From Myxococcota bacterium (GTDB lineage Bacteria; Myxococcota_A; UBA9042; PHBI01; JBMYRH01), in assembly GCA_049602155.1 (NCBI GenBank), contig JBMYRH010000003.1, forward strand, positions 301,871-365,870: DNA of 64,000 bases, written 5' to 3'. The notes below the pieces were generated by a model that worked only from the letters and a program-made list of their open reading frames with translations, was not told the DNA's origin and ran no database searches. How positions within the stretch are numbered: position 1 is the stretch's first letter; the number at the start of each line of letters is the position of its first letter. Both the position numbers and the translations under genes were made by a program. Shown in pieces: positions 21,002 through 29,798 of this stretch.

Positions 21002-24000
21002 TGACGCGCCTTAGCACCGCCCTCGGCACCCTGTTGCTCGCGCTCAGCCTCAGCTGGAGCGCGCAGGCCGCCGTCTCTAACGTCTGCCTCCCGCTCTACA
21101 GTTTCGAGTCCGGAGCCGCAGGCTGGTACTACATCGATCAAGCCGGTGTGAAACAGACCGACCTCTGGCGCAGCGGCGTCGGGATCGGCGGCTCAGGGGC
21201 CCTGAAGGTCCCGAGCGGCGTCACCGCGATTCACCACGACAACCCAAGCTCTCTGCCGGGCGCTCAGCTCTGCTTCCATGCTCGACCATCGAGCGGACCG
21301 CTCGGGCAAGCGGCGGCGATGTGGACCCAAGACAACCAGGACTTCGGCTGCAGCTCCGGCTGCTTTACCAGCCAATACCCGCCGCGACAGCCATGCCCCT
21401 CTAAAACGGGCGCGCTCAAGGTCAGCAAGGACAGCGGCCTGAGCGGTGCGTCAATGCCCGTATCGACCGGCTACCAGCTCTACCAATTCCCCGCGGGCCT
21501 CCATCAAGGGCCCGACTGCGTCATCCCCGCGGGCGCGACCATCGGAATCGAGCACCTGTCCCATGTCTATATCGACAACATCGGGGTGATGTTCACGAAG
21601 AAAGACTGCCTTGAGGAATGCGTCGACGGTGCCGGCTGTGACGATCAAGACCCGTGCACCCAAGACCAATGCGTCGGCGGCCAGTGCCTCAATACCCCTA
21701 TCGCCGGCTGCTGCGAGAACAAAGAGGACTGCGGTGACGGTGACCCATGCACCATCGACCAGTGCCTGTTCAACGGGACGTGTCATCATATCCCGCGGCC
21801 CTTTTGCTGCGAGGATGACGCCGAGTGCACCGACGACTCGCCGTGCACCATCGACACCTGCGAGAACCATCACTGCGTGAACCTGATGGGCTGTGATGAC
21901 GGTCTCGACTGCACCTCCGACGTCTGCAACCCGGACACAGGGGCCTGCGATTACGTGCCCAATAATGAGGGCTGCCCCGCACCTCAAGACCCATGCATGA
22001 CGGCGGTGTGCGTCCCGGGCGAGGGATGTCGTGAGGAGCCGATCAACTGCGACGACGGGCTTCCATGCACCGTCGACACGTGCGTAGCAGGCCAAGGCTG
22101 CACCCACGAGAGCACCTGCGACGATGACAACCCATGCACCGACGATCATTGTGACGAGCAGGGCCAGTGCACCTCGGCCCCTAACCAGGCCCCATGTGAC
22201 GACGACGACAGCTGCACCGGTGGCGACCAGGCCCCTTGCGAGGGGACGATCACGATCTCCACCCACGGGAAGTGCCTGTTCGGAACCGCCGACGGTTCAG
22301 TGGGGCAAAGCCTCAACACCCAGACCATCACCACCGGCGGCTGTGGCGAGGAGGCTAACTGGACGCTCACCCTGGAGCCTGGTGGTCAATACTCGATCTC
22401 ACGCACCTCACCATCAGGCGACGTCTACTGCCTCAGCGCTTCGGCGACGGGACCGTCACCGATGGTGGAGACGCCGTGTATGCCCTCGGGGGATTGGGCA
22501 GGGCCCGCCGGCACGGTCTGGAGTCAGCGCTGGGACTTGGAGGCCTTTGCGGACGTCTATCGCATCCAGCGAGATGTCGGCGCCGGGGCCGAGTGTGTGC
22601 AACAGACCAATAACGGCATCGGCCTCGAGGTCTGCCCAGAGCTGGTCACCGGGCTCGACAGCTGGACCATCCTTGGACCCGACGGTGAGCCCTGCAGTTA
22701 TCAGGATCAATGCGCCGATGGCGTCTGCGGCGGCGCCGACCTCAGCTTGGCGGGGGACGGCTGCGCTGACGCCATCCCACTGCCTGCCAACCTGGGCACG
22801 AGCCTCTACGAAGGGAGCCTGGCATGTATGGCCGACCAAGCGTCGATGCTCTGCGGCGGCGAGGGGAGCCCAGAGGCGCTCTACACGTTGACTCTCCACG
22901 ATCCGACGCTCGTGAGCGCGCGCGTCCTCTCAAGCCACGACACCGTCCTCTACATGGCCACCAGCTGCGAGCCTGACGACGTCCCCTGCGCAGATGACAC
23001 GGGCGTCGGCCAAGCCGAGATCCTTGAGCAGGTGCTTGAGCCAGGGGTCTGGTTCATCGCGGTCGACGGCGCGAGCGGTACCGAGAGCGGCGGCTACACC
23101 CTGGAGGTGACCCTGACTGCCGTCGATCCGACTCAGCCCTTGACCGTCGAGGTCAGCGGCGAGGGACACGTAAGTAGTGAGCCGGATGGGATCCTCTGCG
23201 GCGTCCTCTGTCACGCCGACTTCTTGGAGGGGAGCGTCGTCGAGCTGACCGCTCATGGCTTCGCCGGTGCGCCCTTTTTGGGGTGGAGCGGCGGTGGCTG
23301 CGATGACACCACTGACTCGTGCATTGTGGAGATGAGCGCCGCGCAGTCTGTCACTGCGCACTTTGGCGAGGTCCCCGACCCCGAGCTCACCATCACGGAC
23401 CAGCCACCACTGGTCACCGCCTCGGCTGAGGCCTCGATCGACTTCCAGACGAACTTCATCGATCCGCAATACACCTGTCAGGTCGACGAGGAAGAGCCCA
23501 CCAGCTGCACACCACCGTTGCTGCTCACCGGGCTCATCAAGGGCCAGCACGCGGTCACGGTGCGGGCCACCCGACCTGCCGATGGTGCGCAGGTCATCGA
23601 GACCGTGCTGTGGACCGTCGACATCAGCGCACCTGAGACCTCGATCGTGACCGCACCCGAGGTCATCACGTGGTCGAACTCAGCGATGATTGAATTCACC
23701 TCGAACGAGGCGCTGGTCACCTTCACTTGCCGTCACCAAGGCCCACAGGGGCCCGGCGGCTGGTTCCCCTGTGACTCACCGCTGATGCTCAACGAGCTTC
23801 AACCAGGCTGGCACACGGTGTCCGTCTACGCGACCGACAGCGCAGGGAACGCCGACCTGACCCCTGCTCACACGACCTGGCAGGCTCGGAACCTCAACAC
23901 GGTCATCCTGACCGGTCCGCCAGAGGAGAGCACCGCCCCAGATGCGGCGTTCACCTTCGGCGTCAATGATCCCCAAGCCACGCTCCTCTACAGCCTCAAC

Positions 24001-27000
24001 GGCGGTCCAACCACCGGAACAGGGCTGACGCTCACGCTGAGCGATTTGCCGCTCGGCGCGTACAGCTTAGCCGTCTGGAGTGAGCACGTCGTCGACGGAC
24101 AGCTGCTCGTCGACGAGACACCAGCCGAGTGGGCATGGGCCCAGATCGCCGAGGAGCCCACCTGTGGTGACGGCATCACCCAGGGTGAAGAGGCCTGCGA
24201 CGACGGCAACACGGACAATGGAGACGCGTGCTCTGCGGACTGCAAGATCAACTGCGACGTCGATGAGGACGGATATATCGCCACGGTCTGCGGCGGCGAC
24301 GACTGCAACGACAACGAGCCGCTGCTCCCATCGGCCCCCCCTCTGGGCGTGAGCGAGGCTGACCTGCGCTGGCTCACCGCTCCAGCCAATGACGTCAGCA
24401 GCGCGACGGACCTCACCGGAGAAGGGTTGGCGCTCGTCGACGTGACCCTTGAGCCCCAGAGCCCGGGCTCAGTCATCGCCTTTGCCCCCTTGGCGTCGAG
24501 CCATATGAGCGATATCGCCGGGACCGTTGCGCGCTTCGCGGTGACAGCCACGATGCCCCACGATGGTGAAGGCGTTCGGTTCCAGGGGCGTGAATACGTG
24601 CAAGACAGCGTCGATGCGCCGGCGCCCTACGCCCCTCGACTCGTCCTATCATGCACGTCCAACGTGGCGTGCAAGGTGAGCTGTCCCCCGGTCACGACGG
24701 TATTCGAGGCGGTCGCCGATGCCTACGCGCAGGCACACCTGAGCAGCGATGTAGTCGAGCCATTGGCGCCGGAAGCGGCCCCCGAGCAGCTCTTAGTCAC
24801 CGCGAGCCAGGCCGCCGAGGGCACGACGTCAGCCAAGACTTGGCTGGCATTCGATCTCCGGGGCTACAGCTGCGACGGCACGCTCTCTTCCGGCAAGCTG
24901 GAGTTATCGGTCCTCCAGTGGCCGGCCAACGACTTCAAGCTGTCGCTCTACGGATTGTCACCTGGCCCGGCATGTGTCGATTCCTGTGACAGCGACGATG
25001 ACGCGGCCACTCACCCCTTGTGTGGCGGTGACGACTGCGATGATGAGGACCCTGGGGTGAATCCTGCGGCAGGAGAGATCTGCGACGACGGCAAAGACAA
25101 CGACTGTAACCCCGAGACCCCGGACGTCTGCACCGACCCCTGTGACGTAGACGGCGACGGATACATCTCTGTCGAGTGCCAGGGTGGAGACGACTGCAAC
25201 GACAACAACGAGTTCATCAACCCAGGGGTTGAGGAGAGCTGCGACGACGGCAAAGACAACGACTGTGACCCCGAGACCCCGGACGTCTGCATCGACCCCT
25301 GTGATGTAGACGGCGACGGATACATCTCTGTCGAATGTGCCGACGGAAACGACTGCGACGACAACGACAAGCTCGTCCACCCTGAGGCGGAAGAGGTCTG
25401 CGACGACGACAAAGACAACGACTGCAACCCCGAGACCCCAGACCAGTGCGAAGACCCCTGTGATGTAGACGGCGACGGATACATCTCTGTCGAATGTGCC
25501 GACGGAAACGACTGCGACGACAACGACAAGCTCGTCCACCCTGAGGCAGAAGAGATCTGCGGCGACGATAAAGACAACGACTGCAACCCCGAGACCTCGG
25601 ACGAGTGCCAAGATCCCTGTGATGCAGACGGAGACGGATACATCTCTGTCGAGTGCGCCGACGGAAACGACTGCGACGATAACGACAAGCTCGTCCACCC
25701 TGAGGCAGGAGAGATCTGCGGCGACGATAAAGACAACGACTGCAACCCCGAGACCTCGGACGAGTGCCAAGATCCCTGTGATGCAGACGGCGACGGATAT
25801 GCCTCTGTCGAGTGTGCCGACGGAAACGACTGTGACGACAATGACAAGCTCGTCCACCCAGGCGCGGAAGAGATCTGCGGCGACGGCAAAGACAATGACT
25901 GCAGCGGCCAGGGCTCCAACCAATGTCAGCTCACCGGGTCCTACAAAGCCGACGGAGGCCACGCGACGCTCATCGGCGCCTACACCCGCGGCCGCGTCGG
26001 GATGGCCTTCACCCCCACCGGAGATCTGAACGGTGACACAGCACCAGACATCGCCCTAGGCGCCCCTGCCGACATCGGTGAAGGCGGCACCGGTAGAGCC
26101 TTCCTTGTCAGGGGCACTGCCGCAGGCGAGGTCACCCTCTTAGTCAACGCCGAGGAGGTCCTGGGTAGCATGACAGGGTTCCCAGGTGCGCTCTTTGGCT
26201 CCTCATTGACCGCCGGCGCCCTAGCACCTGAGGCCGCCATAACCCTCGCCGTGGGCTCGCCCATGCACGCCAATGGTGAGGGCGAGTCTGCCTGTAAATC
26301 AGGCCGCATCTCACTCTTTGACGGCCCCTTCAATGGCAACGCTGAGGCCATCCCATGGAGCAACGCGACCGCGTCGATCGTAGGCACGGACTACATCTCC
26401 AAGGGCGGCTGCTACGACGACAGTATCGGCGCCCACCTCGACGCCAGCGCTGATCTGAACGCCGATGGACGCGTCGACCTGTTGTCGAACTCACGCTGGC
26501 TACTAGGGGCCGATCAAACCAACGCTTATGGCTACTTTGGCCCGCTCAACGGCGCGGTGATTGAGCCATCGCTGTCCTTCAAAAACCTAGGCAACCTAGA
26601 GGGCAGCGTCTCGATCCCCACTCAGGTCGTTCACCTCGGCGACATCAACGCCGATGGCCACGCCGACCTCGGCATCTCGTACACCCGCGACAGCACGGTC
26701 AAAGTCGACGCCGGCGCGCTGTACATCTTCCATGGCCCCTTTGAGCCGGGAGCCAGCCTGTCGATAGAGAGCGCAGGTGGGAGCATCCGCGGCGCATCCA
26801 CCGGCTTACAATTCGGCCAAGTCGAAGGCGGCGCGATGTCGGTAGCCGACGTCACCGGCGATGGCGTGGCTGACCTGCTGGTGACCAACGCGCCGACCGG
26901 TGAAGCCATCGGTGCGTATGTATTCGCTGGCCCCATCCAAGAGCACATCACGACGGCTCAAGCGAGCGCGGTTTGGTCTGGAGAGGGCACGCAGCGACCG

Positions 27001-27330
27001 ACCATTATCACCTCTGCCGGTGACTTCAACGGTGACGGCTTCACTGACGTCGTGCTCGGTGCGCCCGGCGCCGCCACGGCCGGAGAAAATGGCGGTGCCG
27101 CCTACCTCTTCTACGGCCCCGTCTCGGGTAGCTTCTCCCTCAGTGCAGCTGATGTCACCTTCAACAGCGTTCAAGGACAAGCGCTCGTCGGTCACCGTGT
27201 CGGGAGTCCTGGTGACCTCAACGGGGACGGAAATGACGACCTCGTCATCACCGCGCCAGGCTTTGACCATGTTGGGGGCGCTGGGGTCGACACCGGGGCC
27301 GCCTACGTTTGGTTGGGCCAGGGCGAGTAG
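21001..27330 (+). CDS. Giant secreted mosaic Cys-rich / FG-GAP repeat protein C (2109 aa)
   Basis: TGATG overlap with the B stop. Signal peptide LLLALSLSWSAQA. Run of D..PCT.D.C modules (~21600-22250). Pre-peptidase-C-terminal-like and InlB-B-repeat-like segments. CGDGITQGEEACDDGNTDNGDACSADC. MopE-like DVDGDGY..VEC..G.DCDD.D...HP.A.E.C.D.KDNDC repeats. C-terminal FG-GAP-like DLNGDG..D repeats. Confidence 0.85.
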   Translation: MTRLSTALGTLLLALSLSWSAQAAVSNVCLPLYSFESGAAGWYYIDQAGVKQTDLWRSGVGIGGSGALKVPSGVTAIHHDNPSSLPGAQLCFHARPSSGPLGQAAAMWTQDNQDFGCSSGCFTSQYPPRQPCPSKTGALKVSKDSGLSGASMPVSTGYQLYQFPAGLHQGPDCVIPAGATIGIEHLSHVYIDNIGVMFTKKDCLEECVDGAGCDDQDPCTQDQCVGGQCLNTPIAGCCENKEDCGDGDPCTIDQCLFNGTCHHIPRPFCCEDDAECTDDSPCTIDTCENHHCVNLMGCDDGLDCTSDVCNPDTGACDYVPNNEGCPAPQDPCMTAVCVPGEGCREEPINCDDGLPCTVDTCVAGQGCTHESTCDDDNPCTDDHCDEQGQCTSAPNQAPCDDDDSCTGGDQAPCEGTITISTHGKCLFGTADGSVGQSLNTQTITTGGCGEEANWTLTLEPGGQYSISRTSPSGDVYCLSASATGPSPMVETPCMPSGDWAGPAGTVWSQRWDLEAFADVYRIQRDVGAGAECVQQTNNGIGLEVCPELVTGLDSWTILGPDGEPCSYQDQCADGVCGGADLSLAGDGCADAIPLPANLGTSLYEGSLACMADQASMLCGGEGSPEALYTLTLHDPTLVSARVLSSHDTVLYMATSCEPDDVPCADDTGVGQAEILEQVLEPGVWFIAVDGASGTESGGYTLEVTLTAVDPTQPLTVEVSGEGHVSSEPDGILCGVLCHADFLEGSVVELTAHGFAGAPFLGWSGGGCDDTTDSCIVEMSAAQSVTAHFGEVPDPELTITDQPPLVTASAEASIDFQTNFIDPQYTCQVDEEEPTSCTPPLLLTGLIKGQHAVTVRATRPADGAQVIETVLWTVDISAPETSIVTAPEVITWSNSAMIEFTSNEALVTFTCRHQGPQGPGGWFPCDSPLMLNELQPGWHTVSVYATDSAGNADLTPAHTTWQARNLNTVILTGPPEESTAPDAAFTFGVNDPQATLLYSLNGGPTTGTGLTLTLSDLPLGAYSLAVWSEHVVDGQLLVDETPAEWAWAQIAEEPTCGDGITQGEEACDDGNTDNGDACSADCKINCDVDEDGYIATVCGGDDCNDNEPLLPSAPPLGVSEADLRWLTAPANDVSSATDLTGEGLALVDVTLEPQSPGSVIAFAPLASSHMSDIAGTVARFAVTATMPHDGEGVRFQGREYVQDSVDAPAPYAPRLVLSCTSNVACKVSCPPVTTVFEAVADAYAQAHLSSDVVEPLAPEAAPEQLLVTASQAAEGTTSAKTWLAFDLRGYSCDGTLSSGKLELSVLQWPANDFKLSLYGLSPGPACVDSCDSDDDAATHPLCGGDDCDDEDPGVNPAAGEICDDGKDNDCNPETPDVCTDPCDVDGDGYISVECQGGDDCNDNNEFINPGVEESCDDGKDNDCDPETPDVCIDPCDVDGDGYISVECADGNDCDDNDKLVHPEAEEVCDDDKDNDCNPETPDQCEDPCDVDGDGYISVECADGNDCDDNDKLVHPEAEEICGDDKDNDCNPETSDECQDPCDADGDGYISVECADGNDCDDNDKLVHPEAGEICGDDKDNDCNPETSDECQDPCDADGDGYASVECADGNDCDDNDKLVHPGAEEICGDGKDNDCSGQGSNQCQLTGSYKADGGHATLIGAYTRGRVGMAFTPTGDLNGDTAPDIALGAPADIGEGGTGRAFLVRGTAAGEVTLLVNAEEVLGSMTGFPGALFGSSLTAGALAPEAAITLAVGSPMHANGEGESACKSGRISLFDGPFNGNAEAIPWSNATASIVGTDYISKGGCYDDSIGAHLDASADLNADGRVDLLSNSRWLLGADQTNAYGYFGPLNGAVIEPSLSFKNLGNLEGSVSIPTQVVHLGDINADGHADLGISYTRDSTVKVDAGALYIFHGPFEPGASLSIESAGGSIRGASTGLQFGQVEGGAMSVADVTGDGVADLLVTNAPTGEAIGAYVFAGPIQEHITTAQASAVWSGEGTQRPTIITSAGDFNGDGFTDVVLGAPGAATAGENGGAAYLFYGPVSGSFSLSAADVTFNSVQGQALVGHRVGSPGDLNGDGNDDLVITAPGFDHVGGAGVDTGAAYVWLGQGE
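25141..25935 (+). repeat. Five tandem 159-bp (53-aa) coding repeats inside gene C
   Basis: Units start at 25141, 25300, 25459, 25618 and 25777, each CD(V/A)DGDGY(I/A)SVEC..G.DC.DN....(H/N)P......C.D.KDNDC. The first ~90 nt of the copies at 25300 and 25459 are identical by eye. Confidence 0.9.
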
Positions 27331-27334
27331 CCGG

Positions 27335-27361
27335 CGAAGGCCTAGCATGCGCTGGCCTTCG
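27335..27361 (+). terminator. Hairpin downstream of gene C
   Basis: cgaaggcc (27335-42) pairs with ggccttcg (27354-61), an 8-bp perfect stem, 5 nt after the TAG stop. No clear U-tract. Confidence 0.45.
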
Positions 27362-27397
27362 GCCTAGGCGCTGCAGAAATCTCCCCGTGAAAGAGGA

Positions 27398-27428
27398 GGC
27401 AGGAGCGACCGACCAAGGGGTCGCTGCC
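27398..27428 (-). terminator. Hairpin plus pyrimidine-rich tail downstream of gene F
   Basis: On the - strand, ggcagcgacc..loop..ggtcgc(tcc)tgcc is followed by tcctctttc. It lies ~80 nt after the F stop. Confidence 0.5.
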
Positions 27429-27505
27429 GAGTGCTCACCGGGTGCGTGGCCCACTGATCACGACGTGGCGTAGCCTGCAGCACCCGTGCGCGGTTCGAAG
27501 GCGAC

Positions 27506-29791
27506 TCAGGCCTTTCGACGCCACCACCACGTGCCGGCCCCCAAGAGCAAGAAGAGGCCGACCACAGCCCAAAGGAGCCATGGCGTCTCCGGCTCAGGGT
27601 CCTCAGGGGGTACATCAGCCTTAGGCGGCGCCTCGGTCACAGGCTTGGTCGCAAGGACCACGTGGGAGACCGTGGCCGCTGGACCGTTGAGCCCATGGAT
27701 GGTCGTCCCTTTGACCTCGAACTCCCATGAACCTGGAGAGTCGACGTCGGTCTGAATCCACAGGGGCGGCGCGGTCCCCTTGACTGTGCCGGCGTCTCGC
27801 CAATCCTCACCTGGCGGTTTAACCCTCACGGTGTACACGTGGGTCAGGCCATCGGTGATCCGTGCCCAGAAGACACGCAGACGCTGGAGCGCGGGCTCAC
27901 TGCGGACCTTGAGCTTAGTCGGCTTGACCGGTAGGCCAGCGCCCGCAGGCATCCGGTAGCTCCAGTCTTTGCCAAGATAGGAGCGGAGGCCCCCTTCGCT
28001 GACCGCCTGCACGTTGTAGCGGTGCTCAGATCCCCGTTCCAGGCGCTCAGTCTCCCACATGCGGGCGTCCGGCCCCAAAAGCGGCGAGGCGGTCACGGCC
28101 TTGCCGTTGATGTAGAGCTGGAACCCAGTGACGTTCTCAAGGGTGGGGAAGCGCCAGTGGAGGCGTAGACGGCGGCCCGAATCGATGAGCTCGAAGCGCT
28201 CGAAGACGACGTTCGGGAGGTACTTCCCTGGGGTGTCGATCTTGACCTCCGAGGGGGGGCTCTCGATGCTGGCCTTAGAGATCGCGGTGACACGGAACGT
28301 GTAAGGGCGCGCCTCCACCGTCCCGATTGGGTAACGATAAATGGGGGCGCTGAGAGGCTCGATGCCCGCCTGCCTCACGACCTCACCAGGGTGACTCTCA
28401 TCAGAGTCGATGAGCCATTGATGAGTCACCGTGTCATCCGCAGCGGGCGCTGCCCAGGTCAAGACCGCGAAGCGCTTGCCTTCCTGGACCTCGATGGTCG
28501 CCTTGAGATCTTGAGGAGCCGGTGGCTCTCGAAGGTCGCTGATGAGGACCGGAACGATCTTGGAGCTGTACGGCATGCGATCGCTCTTGCGGAGCGCGAC
28601 GACCTTGTAGCTGTAGGTATTACCAACAATCTTCTCGCTGGTATCCAAGGTGTGGCGCGTCGTCGGCGAGAGGTCGGCGCGGATTGCTTTGAAGGCCTCT
28701 CGGGCCCCCTCACGCCGATGGAGCTCGAAACCTTGGATGTACTTCTCGTGCGCCATATCGAATTCCCAGTTCACCGCGAGGTCGCCGTTTTGAAGCTGCT
28801 TAGCCTCTGTGAGGACCGGGGCCTCCAAGGGCAACACACGCGCCTCCTGCTCACGCACCGTCTCTGGATCGTAATCAGTGCTCGTCGTCCTCCTGTCTCT
28901 CGCTACGAAGCTCCGAGTGGTGACGTGGTACGTGTAGGGTGCCTCCTGATCAGCGAGGTGGTCGTAGAAGGAGCACTCAAGCATATCGCCGACGCGCTCA
29001 ATCACAGGGTGTCCGAGTTCTACGACCTCCTTATCACCCCCAGGGCCGATCACGTCGCGGCTGACCCCAAAGGGGCGCAAGTCGAGCTCGTCGTAGAGCG
29101 ACGCTGGGAAGCTCCACGTAAGCCGAACACCGGTTGGATGCACGGTGGCGAAGTTCGGAGTGACGGCGAGGCGAGGATCGTCATTGGGTACGTAGAGGTC
29201 ATGAAAGGTCCCTATTGGCTCCGCGGACCGCACCCCGGAGGCTGAGACCTCGAAGAAGCCATAGAGTTGCCCTGCTTGGGTGAGCGGCCGTGCGCGCGTG
29301 GTCCCGAACCCAAACACCCAGACGGCGTTCTCTTCGTGGAGGAGGTTTGCACGGACGGCGTTGATCATCTCTTCACCGCTGATCGTTGTGAGGAAGGCAA
29401 GGAAGGCGGCGTCGTCGTCGAAATTGATGGTCCCGTTAGCCAAGCGGGACATCAGATCCGCCCTCAGCAGGCTCTGTGCGACATCTTCGTAGTGTACGTC
29501 AGACCACACACGCTCCGTCGAGATCGAGGGCTTGATGGGCTTGAGCGTCGTCCTCACCCACGGTCCGCTCCTCACACCAGCGCCGTCACAGGGGGCTCGG
29601 AGGATATCGATCGCTGCAACATCAGCTGGCCACGCTTCGACCGGCACCCAGAGCAAGCGCACCTCCGCAGGCGCGCTGTCACCGTGGACCTCTAACCAGC
29701 TCGCGAGGCTGCTGGTCGAAAGGAGACACATCATCACAAGGGCTGATGCGCAGTGACATGCGAGTGTCATGATGCGCGCCGTAAACATCAT
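27506..29791 (-). CDS. FN3-repeat surface protein F (761 aa) with C-terminal PEP-like/TM/basic tail
   Basis: Starts 7 nt after the E stop. N-terminal signal-like hydrophobic segment. FN3-like units (PPAPQDLKATIEVQEGKRFAVLTWAAP...). C-terminus DPEPETPWLLWAVVGLFLLLGAGTWWWRRKA. Confidence 0.8.
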   Translation of the reverse strand: MMFTARIMTLACHCASALVMMCLLSTSSLASWLEVHGDSAPAEVRLLWVPVEAWPADVAAIDILRAPCDGAGVRSGPWVRTTLKPIKPSISTERVWSDVHYEDVAQSLLRADLMSRLANGTINFDDDAAFLAFLTTISGEEMINAVRANLLHEENAVWVFGFGTTRARPLTQAGQLYGFFEVSASGVRSAEPIGTFHDLYVPNDDPRLAVTPNFATVHPTGVRLTWSFPASLYDELDLRPFGVSRDVIGPGGDKEVVELGHPVIERVGDMLECSFYDHLADQEAPYTYHVTTRSFVARDRRTTSTDYDPETVREQEARVLPLEAPVLTEAKQLQNGDLAVNWEFDMAHEKYIQGFELHRREGAREAFKAIRADLSPTTRHTLDTSEKIVGNTYSYKVVALRKSDRMPYSSKIVPVLISDLREPPAPQDLKATIEVQEGKRFAVLTWAAPAADDTVTHQWLIDSDESHPGEVVRQAGIEPLSAPIYRYPIGTVEARPYTFRVTAISKASIESPPSEVKIDTPGKYLPNVVFERFELIDSGRRLRLHWRFPTLENVTGFQLYINGKAVTASPLLGPDARMWETERLERGSEHRYNVQAVSEGGLRSYLGKDWSYRMPAGAGLPVKPTKLKVRSEPALQRLRVFWARITDGLTHVYTVRVKPPGEDWRDAGTVKGTAPPLWIQTDVDSPGSWEFEVKGTTIHGLNGPAATVSHVVLATKPVTEAPPKADVPPEDPEPETPWLLWAVVGLFLLLGAGTWWWRRKA

Positions 29792-29798
29792 GCGCCGC

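Noticed and set aside
24958-25962. 334-aa and 302-aa - strand ORFs with internal repeats
   Set aside because: They are the mirror image of the 159-bp coding repeats of gene C. The sense-strand reading gives a coherent Cys/Asp metal-binding-type motif and is contiguous with a 6.3-kb ORF.
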